This document shows positions 28,477 to 36,086 of a stretch of DNA of 64,000 nt, in pieces. Location: assembly GCA_034423235.1 (NCBI GenBank), contig DAOUIX010000058.1, positions 10,484-74,483 on the forward strand. The letters run 5' to 3'. The notes under the pieces were generated by a model, which had not been told where the DNA came from, did no database searches, and worked only from the letters and a program-made list of their open reading frames with translations. This stretch comes from Chloroflexota bacterium (lineage in GTDB: Bacteria > Chloroflexota > UBA11872). Each line of letters starts with the position of its first letter. Positions within the stretch are counted from its first letter, which is position 1. Position numbers and translations under genes: made by a program.

Positions 28477-28600
28477 CCAGCGCCCGGCGCCGAGCGCGCG
28501 CTTCGGACTTGCGTGGAAGGCGGCGTGCGGTGCGCGCTGCGTTTCGGCGGGCGGTCTCGGATTCGTCCGAACCATGCTTAGTCGGGCATCCGCATGCGCA

Positions 28601-29461
28601 CTACAGTTCTTCGGCGAAGCGGCTGGCCAGCCGTCGGAACAACCACCACCCAAGGCCCAGCAGTACGAGTGCGGTCACGATCGTCGCCAACGTGTGCCGA
28701 ATTGGCGGGAACCCCCACATGAAGGCATAGCGGTAGTCCGTTACGAGGGTGGCCATGGGATTAAGTATGAAAACCCAGCGGTGAATATCGAGTCCGAACA
28801 CCGTGTTATTTGGAACGATGGACATCGCGTAAAAGATCGGCGTCAGGAAGAACCAGGCCAGGATCCCGACTTCGACGATCTGCTCGGTGTCCCGGAAGAA
28901 CACGTTGACGGCGGCCAGCAGCAGCCCCAGCCCAAGCACGAACACCAGATGCAGGAACATCACCAGCGGAACGGCCAGCATGGTCCGCGTCGCTCCAACG
29001 CCGAAGGGCAGGGCCACGAGCCAGAAGACGACGTAGGCCAGCACGAAGTTGACGAAGCTGGCCAGCACCGCGCTCAGCGGCAGGAGTTCGCGCGGAAAGT
29101 AGACCTTCTTGATCAGCAGAGCGTTCGACGTGACGCTTCGCATGGCCGTAGTCAGCGCGTGCTGCGTAAACAACCAGGGAATCAGGGCACTGAGCAGGAA
29201 AAACGGGTACCGCTCAATCGGATCGGACTTGGCCAGCACCTGGAAGACCAACGTGAAGACCCCCATCATCAGCAGGGGGTTCAACAGAGCCCAGGCAAAC
29301 CCGAGCACCGAACCCCGATAGCGAACCTTCAGGTCGCGCACAACCAGGTTGCGCAGGAGGTCCGCGTATCCCAGCAACTCGCGCGCGGCGCCTGCAACGT
29401 CTCGGGCCGGGGCGAAACGCCCCTTTGCAGCAACAGTGGCCATAAGAAGACCCCTCGACAA
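28601..29461 (-). CDS. wzm: ABC-2 type polysaccharide export permease Wzm
   Basis: 286 aa, 6 TM. LRNLVVRDLKVRYRGSVLGFAWALLNPLL is the ABC-2/Wzm signature. The start could instead be the internal Met at c29443. Confidence 0.85.
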   Translation of the reverse strand: MSRGLLMATVAAKGRFAPARDVAGAARELLGYADLLRNLVVRDLKVRYRGSVLGFAWALLNPLLMMGVFTLVFQVLAKSDPIERYPFFLLSALIPWLFTQHALTTAMRSVTSNALLIKKVYFPRELLPLSAVLASFVNFVLAYVVFWLVALPFGVGATRTMLAVPLVMFLHLVFVLGLGLLLAAVNVFFRDTEQIVEVGILAWFFLTPIFYAMSIVPNNTVFGLDIHRWVFILNPMATLVTDYRYAFMWGFPPIRHTLATIVTALVLLGLGWWLFRRLASRFAEEL

Positions 29462-29551
29462 AGGGGCCAGCTATTCTACCCGCGCGCCCGCCGTGGGCGC
29501 GGCACCGTGCTACGCTGCGGAGTCCGACAGGCGTTGGAGCCTGCGCAGCGC

Positions 29552-30175
29552 ATGGAAATCACGTGGATCGGGGGCAGTTGCTTTCGATTCCGCGGACGCG
29601 ACGGCGCGCTTGTGACCGACCCGCAAACCTCTGGGCGGACGCGCCGATCCACGTTCCCCAAGGCTGACTTGGTCGCTATTACGAACCCTGATATTCCACC
29701 GGGCACGGAGCGCCTCGTCCTCCCCAATCACCAAGGCCACGCTCCCTATGTGGCGGCTGGCCCGGGAGAATACGACGTATCCGGCGTGTATCTGCACGGG
29801 ATCGCGGGTCCGCGGTCCACCGCAGGCCGTCCACGTCCCACCCTCTACGCCATGGACATTGACCGGGTCACCGTGGCGTTGATTCCCAGCCTTGCCGCCG
29901 AGATGACCAACGAGATGCTCGAAGAACTCGGGACGACGCAGGTCCTGGTGGTCAATGCTAACGACGGCGTCGAACCGGTCGTAAACCTTGTCAACCGCCT
30001 CGAACCCAATGTCGTGGTCCCATACGGACAGTCCACGAACGGCCGAATCCCCTGGATAGACGCGGCCAAAGCCCTCAGCGAAACCGAGCCCAACCCTGAG
30101 TCTTCCGTCGGCGTTTCGGTATCCAACCTCCCCGAACCGGTAGCGACGCGGGTGCTTGCGCCGCGCGCCGCCTGA
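29552..30175 (+). CDS. MBL-fold metallo-hydrolase-like protein (degenerate metal motif)
   Basis: MEITWIGGSCFRFRGRDGALVTDP... resembles UPF0173/UlaG-like MBL proteins. The long upstream ORF extension (28574-) is antisense to wzm and is rejected. Confidence 0.5.
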   Translation: MEITWIGGSCFRFRGRDGALVTDPQTSGRTRRSTFPKADLVAITNPDIPPGTERLVLPNHQGHAPYVAAGPGEYDVSGVYLHGIAGPRSTAGRPRPTLYAMDIDRVTVALIPSLAAEMTNEMLEELGTTQVLVVNANDGVEPVVNLVNRLEPNVVVPYGQSTNGRIPWIDAAKALSETEPNPESSVGVSVSNLPEPVATRVLAPRAA

Positions 30176-30224
30176 TGGCCTCTAGCCCCAACGGCCGCCC
30201 GAGTCGCCCAGTCCGCCGCGCGCC

Positions 30225-31889
30225 ATGACCACCGGTACGGCTCGCAAGTTCATCTTCGTAACCGGCGGCGTTCTCAGCGGCGTTGGCAAGGGCGTCAGCG
30301 TCGCCAGCATCGGCCGCCTGCTCAAGAGCCGCTCGCTCAAGGTCTCGGTCATGAAGCTGGACCCGTACATCAACGTCGACCCCGGCACGATGAGTCCTCT
30401 CCAGCACGGTGAAGTCTTCGTGACCGTCGACGGCGCTGAAACCGACCTGGACCTTGGGCACTACGAACGGTTCATCGACGAGAATCTCCGCGCGGTCAGC
30501 AACCTCACAACCGGCGGGGTCTACGACCGGGTAATCAGCCGCGAACGGCGCGGCGACTTCCTGGGCGGAACCATCCAGGTGATCCCGCACATCACCGACG
30601 AGATCAAGGCGCGCATCCACGACGTTGGCAAGACCCACGACGCGGACGTTGTAATCGTCGAGGTCGGCGGCACGGTCGGCGACATCGAAAACATCCCGTT
30701 CGTCGAGGCGCTTCGTCAGATGCGCCGCGAGGTCGGCAGCGAGAACGTACTGTACGTGCATGTGACGCTGGTCCCTCGCATCGGCGCTACCGGCGAGCTG
30801 AAGACCAAACCCACGCAGCACAGCGTCACACAACTGCGCGGACTCGGCATTCATCCCGATGTGGTGATCTGCCGCTCCGACGCGCCACTCCCCCTTGACC
30901 TTCGGGAAAAAATCGCCCTATTTGCCGATATTGATGCGCGCGCGGTGATCTCCAACGTCGATGTCGACACCATCTACGAGGTACCGCTGGCCCTCGAGGC
31001 CGCCGGCCTTGGGTCCTTTATCGCCGAGTGCCTGCAACTACCCGACGTCCGGCCGGACCTTGACGAATGGCGCAGCATCGTTGCCGCCCTGCGCGAGCAT
31101 CGACCGCAGCTTGAAGTCGCCATTGTTGGCAAGTACGTCTCGCTGACCGACTCGTACCTCAGTGTGATCGAAGCCGTTCGGCACTCGGGCATTGCTCTGG
31201 GCATCGACCCGGTGATTCGCTGGGTCGACTCCGAGGACCTCGAAGACCGTGACCCCGCCGACCTGCTCGACGGCACGGCCGCCATCATCGTTCCCGGCGG
31301 GTTCGGACCCCGCGGAATCGAGGGCAAGATTCAGGCCGCGTACTACGCGCGCGTCAACAAGGTCCCGTACCTTGGCCTCTGCCTCGGCATGCAGATCGCT
31401 GTGATCGAGTTCGCGCGCAAGGTTCTCGGCACGGACGACTGCGACAGCATTGAGTTCAACCCGGACACGCGGCATCCGGTCATTCACCCCATGCCCGAGT
31501 ACTACGATGTGTCTGAAATGGGCGGATCGATGCGGCTGGGCCTCTGGCCGTGCGAACTTGTGGAGGGCACGCTGGCACGCGCAGCCTATGGTCAGGCCTC
31601 AATCAAGGAACGCCACCGTCACCGCATGGAGTTCAACAACAAGTACCGACGCCTGCTTCGGGCCGAAGGCATGACATTCAGTGGGCTCTCGCCCGACAGC
31701 CAACTGGTCGAAATCATCGAGTTCGAAGGCCATCCCTGGTTCGTGGGCTCGCAGTTCCACCCCGAATTCACCTCGCGACCCAACCGCCCGCATCCGCTCT
31801 TTACCGGCTTGTTGCGGGCGGCCATCCGTCACGCCGAGGGTCGCCACGTCGTTCCCCGGCTGGAATCCAGATCCGAAACCGTCACCTAA
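30225..31889 (+). CDS. pyrG: CTP synthase
   Basis: 554 aa. KFIFVTGGVLSGVGKGVSVASIGRLLK and a C-terminal GATase domain (GLCLGMQ). Confidence 0.95.
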   Translation: MTTGTARKFIFVTGGVLSGVGKGVSVASIGRLLKSRSLKVSVMKLDPYINVDPGTMSPLQHGEVFVTVDGAETDLDLGHYERFIDENLRAVSNLTTGGVYDRVISRERRGDFLGGTIQVIPHITDEIKARIHDVGKTHDADVVIVEVGGTVGDIENIPFVEALRQMRREVGSENVLYVHVTLVPRIGATGELKTKPTQHSVTQLRGLGIHPDVVICRSDAPLPLDLREKIALFADIDARAVISNVDVDTIYEVPLALEAAGLGSFIAECLQLPDVRPDLDEWRSIVAALREHRPQLEVAIVGKYVSLTDSYLSVIEAVRHSGIALGIDPVIRWVDSEDLEDRDPADLLDGTAAIIVPGGFGPRGIEGKIQAAYYARVNKVPYLGLCLGMQIAVIEFARKVLGTDDCDSIEFNPDTRHPVIHPMPEYYDVSEMGGSMRLGLWPCELVEGTLARAAYGQASIKERHRHRMEFNNKYRRLLRAEGMTFSGLSPDSQLVEIIEFEGHPWFVGSQFHPEFTSRPNRPHPLFTGLLRAAIRHAEGRHVVPRLESRSETVT

Positions 31890-31959
31890 CGGCCCCATAC
31901 CCGGAAATGCAGAAACCCATGCGATACCAAGCTGTCATGCCACCCAGCAGGTGGTTGCC

Positions 31960-33255
31960 ATGAGCACCGTCGCCGTCCTCGGCGCCCAATGGGGCGACGA
32001 AGGCAAGGGCAAAGTCGTCGACCGCTTCGCACAACACGCGGAGATGGTGGTTCGTTTCCAGGGCGGGAACAACGCCGGGCACACCGTCATCAACGACCAG
32101 GGCGCCTTTGCCCTGCACCTGGCGCCCTCCGGGATCTTCAATCCGGACGTCACCAACATTCTGGGGCCCGGCACCGTCATCAATCCGGCGGCTCTTCTGG
32201 AGGAAATGTCGGAAATACGGACGCGGTCCACCGTTTCCTTTGACCGCTTCTGGATCGCCGAGCGGGCACACGTGGTCATGCCGTACCACGTCGCCCTTGA
32301 CGCCGCCGAGGAAGCCCAGCGCGGCGAACTGGCGCAAGGCACCACGCTGCGCGGCATCGGACCCGCCTACGCCGACAAGGCCGCCCGATCCGGTGTGCGT
32401 ATGGGCGACTTGCTCGACGCCGACTACCTGCAGGAGTGGCTGCCCGCGATTCTGGAACCCAAAAACCGGCTGCTGGAATACGGGTACGGCGTGCAACCGC
32501 AGGATCCGCAGGCTCTACTCGACCAAGCCCTCGAATGGGGCGAGTCCCTTGCTCCGCACATCGTGGACACCTTGCCGATTGTCGGCGCCGCGCTGGCAGA
32601 AGACCGCCGCATCCTGCTGGAAGGCCAGTTGGGCGTCATGCGCGACTTGGACTGGGGCCACTACCCCTACGTCACTTCCTCCAGTCCGTCGGCTGGCGGC
32701 GCCTGCGTCGGCGCCGGAATCCCGCCCCGCGAACTCGATCAAGTCTGGGGCGTCGCCAAAGCGTTTAGCTCTTCAGTAGGTGAAGGACCCTTCCCAACCG
32801 AGCTCTTCGACGCCACCGCCGAGCACTTGCGAGAAGTCGCTGGCGGCGAGTATGGCGCCTCCACCGGCCGACCGCGGCGCTGTGGCTGGTTCGACGCCGT
32901 AGCCGTGCGCACCGCAGCCACCCTCAGCGGCATCGACTGCCTGGCCCTCACGAAGGTCGACGCCCTCGATGGCCTTGAGCGAATTCGGGTGGCCGTGGCC
33001 TATGAACTCGACGGCCGGCGCACTGAACTGGCGCCCGACACCCGCAATTTCGACCGCGCCCGCCCGATCTACGAGGAGTTTCCCGGCTGGATGTCCCCGA
33101 CCGAAGGCATCAGCGACTTGGACGACCTGCCGCCCAACGCACGCAGCTACGTCGAGGCCATCAGCCAGATCACCGGCATCCCTCTGGGCCTGATTGGCAC
33201 CGGTCGCCACCGCGACGCCGCTATCATCCTGCGCGATCCTTTCGCGGCTACCTAG
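31960..33255 (+). CDS. purA: adenylosuccinate synthetase
   Basis: Start MSTVAVLGAQWGDEGKGKVVD; GGNNAGHTV motif. The ORF-track N-extension is rejected. Confidence 0.95.
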   Translation: MSTVAVLGAQWGDEGKGKVVDRFAQHAEMVVRFQGGNNAGHTVINDQGAFALHLAPSGIFNPDVTNILGPGTVINPAALLEEMSEIRTRSTVSFDRFWIAERAHVVMPYHVALDAAEEAQRGELAQGTTLRGIGPAYADKAARSGVRMGDLLDADYLQEWLPAILEPKNRLLEYGYGVQPQDPQALLDQALEWGESLAPHIVDTLPIVGAALAEDRRILLEGQLGVMRDLDWGHYPYVTSSSPSAGGACVGAGIPPRELDQVWGVAKAFSSSVGEGPFPTELFDATAEHLREVAGGEYGASTGRPRRCGWFDAVAVRTAATLSGIDCLALTKVDALDGLERIRVAVAYELDGRRTELAPDTRNFDRARPIYEEFPGWMSPTEGISDLDDLPPNARSYVEAISQITGIPLGLIGTGRHRDAAIILRDPFAAT

Positions 33256-33315
33256 GCCAGCCCGGCTCGTTCGGTACGCTGGCGGCCACCATCTCGCCCC
33301 AGCGGAGACGATCCT

Positions 33316-33786
33316 ATGGCCACGGTGTCCGAGGGCGTGCAAGCGCCTGAATTCCACCTGACGTCCACGGAAGACGAGCCTTTCTCACTACTCGCTCGGC
33401 GTGGTCGCACGAATCTTGTTCTCTTGTTCCTCGACAACGCTTCCAGTGGCACCGACACCGAGATCGCAACCTCGTTTCGCGATGCCAGTGACATCTTTCG
33501 GTCGGTACGGGGCACGGTCATCGGGATCGCCAAGGCTGAACTGGGAGAACTTAAGGCATTTCAGGCGGCCAATACTCTGGCCTTTGAGCTCCTGAGCGAC
33601 GACGGAACGGTGGCCTCGGACTATGGCGTTCGTGTGCGGCAAGGCTTCGGTCCCTTCTCACGCGAGCGCTTTCGCCGCAGCACGTTCCTGGTGGACCGCA
33701 CCGGCATCGTCCGCCGCATCTTCCGCGACGTGGATGCCAGGGAGCACGTCAACGAAGTGCTCGCCGCACTCGACGAGGGCCTCTAG
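33316..33786 (+). CDS. Bcp/peroxiredoxin-fold (AhpC/TSA-like) protein lacking any cysteine
   Basis: 156 aa. Aligns to the Bcp pattern (APEFHLTSTEDEPFSL...VLLFLDNASSGTDTEI...LLSDDGTVASDYGV...RSTFLVDRTGIVRRIF), but the peroxidatic T-P-G-C position reads S-S-G-T and the protein has zero Cys. Confidence 0.6.
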   Translation: MATVSEGVQAPEFHLTSTEDEPFSLLARRGRTNLVLLFLDNASSGTDTEIATSFRDASDIFRSVRGTVIGIAKAELGELKAFQAANTLAFELLSDDGTVASDYGVRVRQGFGPFSRERFRRSTFLVDRTGIVRRIFRDVDAREHVNEVLAALDEGL

Positions 33787-33843
33787 GCCGCTCTCCCCTC
33801 TCCGTTGAGGCTTCCAGAGCAAATTCTGTCGGCAGCCATTCGC

Positions 33844-33849
33844 TATAAT
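33844..33849 (+). promoter_or_regulatory. candidate -10 box (TATAAT) of the pyr operon promoter
   Basis: Perfect TATAAT ~10 nt upstream of the PyrR-binding loop. No convincing -35 at 17-bp spacing. Confidence 0.35.
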
Positions 33850-33857
33850 CTCGCCAG

Positions 33858-33890
33858 CCTTTAATCCAGTCCAGCGAGGCGGAAAGGCTG
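33858..33890 (+). promoter_or_regulatory. PyrR-binding loop (anti-antiterminator) of the pyr leader attenuator
   Basis: CCTTTAATCCAGTCCAGCGAGGCGGAAAGGCTG closely matches the B. subtilis consensus UUUAA..CAGUCCAGAGAGGCU...AAGG. Confidence 0.65.
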
Positions 33891-33920
33891 CATTTTGCGG
33901 CGTGCCGCGTCTGGCGGACT

Positions 33921-33948
33921 AAGGGCCTTCCGGGCCCTTTTCTTTTTG
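33921..33948 (+). terminator. intrinsic terminator of the pyr leader attenuator
   Basis: GGGCC-TTCC-GGGCCC hairpin followed by TTTTCTTTTT, 57 nt upstream of the pyrR start. Confidence 0.7.
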
Positions 33949-34004
33949 CCCGGTACGCCATGGGAGGCAGCGTGGCGCTAGACGGTGGCGCTGGACGCTT
34001 GGTC

Positions 34005-34547
34005 ATGTCGGCCGACGACTTGCGTCGGACGTTGACCCGAATCGCCCACGAGATCGTCGAACGCAACCGCGGCGCAACCAATCTGGTGTTCGTGGGCGTC
34101 CCGCGCCCCGGACCCATCCTGGCCCGCCGCCTGGCCGAAGCCGTTGCGTCGTTCGAAGACACACACGTGCCCACGGGCGCGGTTGATATCTCTCTCTACC
34201 GCGACGATCTGGTCAGCCGGGCCACGACACCGCCCATGCACCCAACCGACATCCCAGTGGACGTCACCGCCCGTGACGTAGTGCTCGTCGACGATGTGCT
34301 GCACACGGGACGCTCGGCCCGTGCGGCCCTGGACGCTCTCACGGACTTTGGGCGACCCAGCACGATCCAATTGGCCGTCGTTGTGGACCGCGGGCACCGC
34401 GAACTCCCCATCCGCGCCGACTACGCGGGCAAGAACATTCCCACCGCGCTCTACGAGAGCATTGAAGTTCGGTTGGAGGAACTGGACGGCGAAGACTCGG
34501 TGCGGGTCGTCGCCAAGCCGGAGGTCGCCAATGCCGCTGCATCGTAG
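34005..34547 (+). CDS. pyrR: bifunctional pyr operon regulator / uracil phosphoribosyltransferase PyrR
   Basis: MSADDLRRTLTRIAHEIVERN...VLVDDVLHTGRSARAALDAL (PRPP-binding motif). Confidence 0.9.
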   Translation: MSADDLRRTLTRIAHEIVERNRGATNLVFVGVPRPGPILARRLAEAVASFEDTHVPTGAVDISLYRDDLVSRATTPPMHPTDIPVDVTARDVVLVDDVLHTGRSARAALDALTDFGRPSTIQLAVVVDRGHRELPIRADYAGKNIPTALYESIEVRLEELDGEDSVRVVAKPEVANAAAS

Positions 34548-35469
34548 GCACCTGATTGACGTCGCCGACTTCTCGCGTGACGAATTCGACTCGGTCCTCG
34601 ACACCGCCGTGTCCATGCGGCAGGTGCTGGATCGGCCAATCCGGCGCGTTCCAACACTGCGCGGCAAGTCAATCGTCAACATGTTCTTCGAGCCGAGCAC
34701 CCGCACCCGCGTTTCCTTCGAACTTGCCGGTAAGTCCTTGAGTGCCGATGTCGTCAACGTTGCCGCTTCGGGCAGCAGTGTCGAAAAGGGCGAGTCGCTG
34801 GTCGACACCTTCCACACCATCCAGGCGCTCGGCGCTGACATGGTCATTATTCGCCACGCCTGCGCCGGAGTACCGGATCTGGCCGCCCGTCACCTGAATT
34901 GCGGTGTGGTAAATGCCGGCGACGGCCTGCGCGGCCACCCCAGCCAGGCGCTGCTGGACCTCTTTACCGTCCGCGAGCACGCAGGCGACCTGGAAGGGCT
35001 CAAGCTGGTCATCGTGGGCGACATGCTCCACAGCCGCGTCGCCCGCTCCGACATCTGGGCGTTCGCCCGCATGGGCGCGCACGTCTATCTCAGCGGCCCG
35101 CCCACCGTGCTCCCGCCCGACTTTGGCGACCTGCTGAACGGCGACGGCATGGTGCGGGTGGAATACGACCTGGACAGAGCGATCGAGGGTGCTGACGTGG
35201 TGATGGCCCTGCGCATCCAAAAGGAGCGAATGGCCGGCGGCTTGCTGCCCGACCTGCGCGAATACGCGCGACGTTGGGGCATTTCGCCCGCCCGCCTTCG
35301 TCGCGCCGATCGCCAGGTCTTGCTCATGCATCCCGGGCCCATGAACCAGGGCATCGAGATTTCATCCGACGTCGCCTACGGAGAGCAGTCGGTTATCACC
35401 GAACAGGTCACCAACGGGGTGGCGGTCCGCATGGCCATCCTCTACCTGCTGCTGACGGGAGCGCACTGA
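34531..35469 (+). CDS. pyrB: aspartate carbamoyltransferase catalytic subunit
   Basis: MPLHRRHLIDVADFSRDEF...FFEPSTRTRVSFE...HPSQALLD motifs; 17-nt overlap with pyrR. Confidence 0.95.
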   Translation: MPLHRRHLIDVADFSRDEFDSVLDTAVSMRQVLDRPIRRVPTLRGKSIVNMFFEPSTRTRVSFELAGKSLSADVVNVAASGSSVEKGESLVDTFHTIQALGADMVIIRHACAGVPDLAARHLNCGVVNAGDGLRGHPSQALLDLFTVREHAGDLEGLKLVIVGDMLHSRVARSDIWAFARMGAHVYLSGPPTVLPPDFGDLLNGDGMVRVEYDLDRAIEGADVVMALRIQKERMAGGLLPDLREYARRWGISPARLRRADRQVLLMHPGPMNQGIEISSDVAYGEQSVITEQVTNGVAVRMAILYLLLTGAH

Positions 35470-36086
35470 TGAGTCCCTATTCCGCCGCTCCGCCGCGCGA
35501 GATTCTTCCCGGCGTCTACCAATGGACCGTGGCGTGGCACCGCTTCACGCTGGAGTCCTACCTCGTCGACACGGACGACGGCGTGATTGCCATCGATCCC
35601 CAAGACCTGTCGCCCACCGCCCTCCAGGGAGTTCTCTCGCGTGTCCGTCACGTCATTCTCACGAACCACTACCACGAGCGTGCCGCCGCGATGTGGCGGC
35701 ATCGGTTCGACGCCCCCGTCTGGGCGCCCAGCGGCGACGTCGACGACCTGGAGACACTGACACCTGACCACGTCTACTCGGCCGAGACCGAGTTGCCCGG
35801 CGGTCTGCAGGCCATCGGGCTGGGCGGAATCAGCGCTGGCGAACATGCGCTCTTTACCAGTGAAAATCGCGGCGTGCTCTTCGTCGGCGACGCGCTGGGC
35901 ACCACCAGCTATTGGACGCACGGCGAGGGCGAGATAGGCGCGCATCCGCGCATGCGCCCGCCGACGCGGCTTCGAAAGCTCCTGGACTTGGACTTCACCA
36001 GCATCGCCGTCGGCCACGGCGAGCCGATTTTGGACCAGGCCAAGGTCGCCCTGGCCGCCTACCTGGAGTCTGCTGGTGTCCGCTGA
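35469..36086 (+). CDS. MBL-fold metallo-hydrolase-like ORF inserted between pyrB and pyrC
   Basis: TGATG overlap with the pyrB stop. MSPYSAAPPREILPGVYQW...HVILTNHYHERAAAMW...VGHGEPIL; 11-nt overlap with the pyrC GTG start. Confidence 0.6.
   Translation: MSPYSAAPPREILPGVYQWTVAWHRFTLESYLVDTDDGVIAIDPQDLSPTALQGVLSRVRHVILTNHYHERAAAMWRHRFDAPVWAPSGDVDDLETLTPDHVYSAETELPGGLQAIGLGGISAGEHALFTSENRGVLFVGDALGTTSYWTHGEGEIGAHPRMRPPTRLRKLLDLDFTSIAVGHGEPILDQAKVALAAYLESAGVR

Noticed and set aside
28574-29551. N-terminal 326-aa extension of the MBL-like ORF (ORF track 28574-30175)
   Set aside because: The extension is antisense to wzm and low-complexity (Q/H/R/E-rich). The family-like sequence begins at MEITWIGG (29552).
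31681-31959. N-terminal extension of purA, and the ORF 31550-31963
   Set aside because: purA's conserved N-terminus (MSTVAVLGAQWGDEGKGK) begins at 31960. The upstream extension overlaps the pyrG 3' end in another frame.
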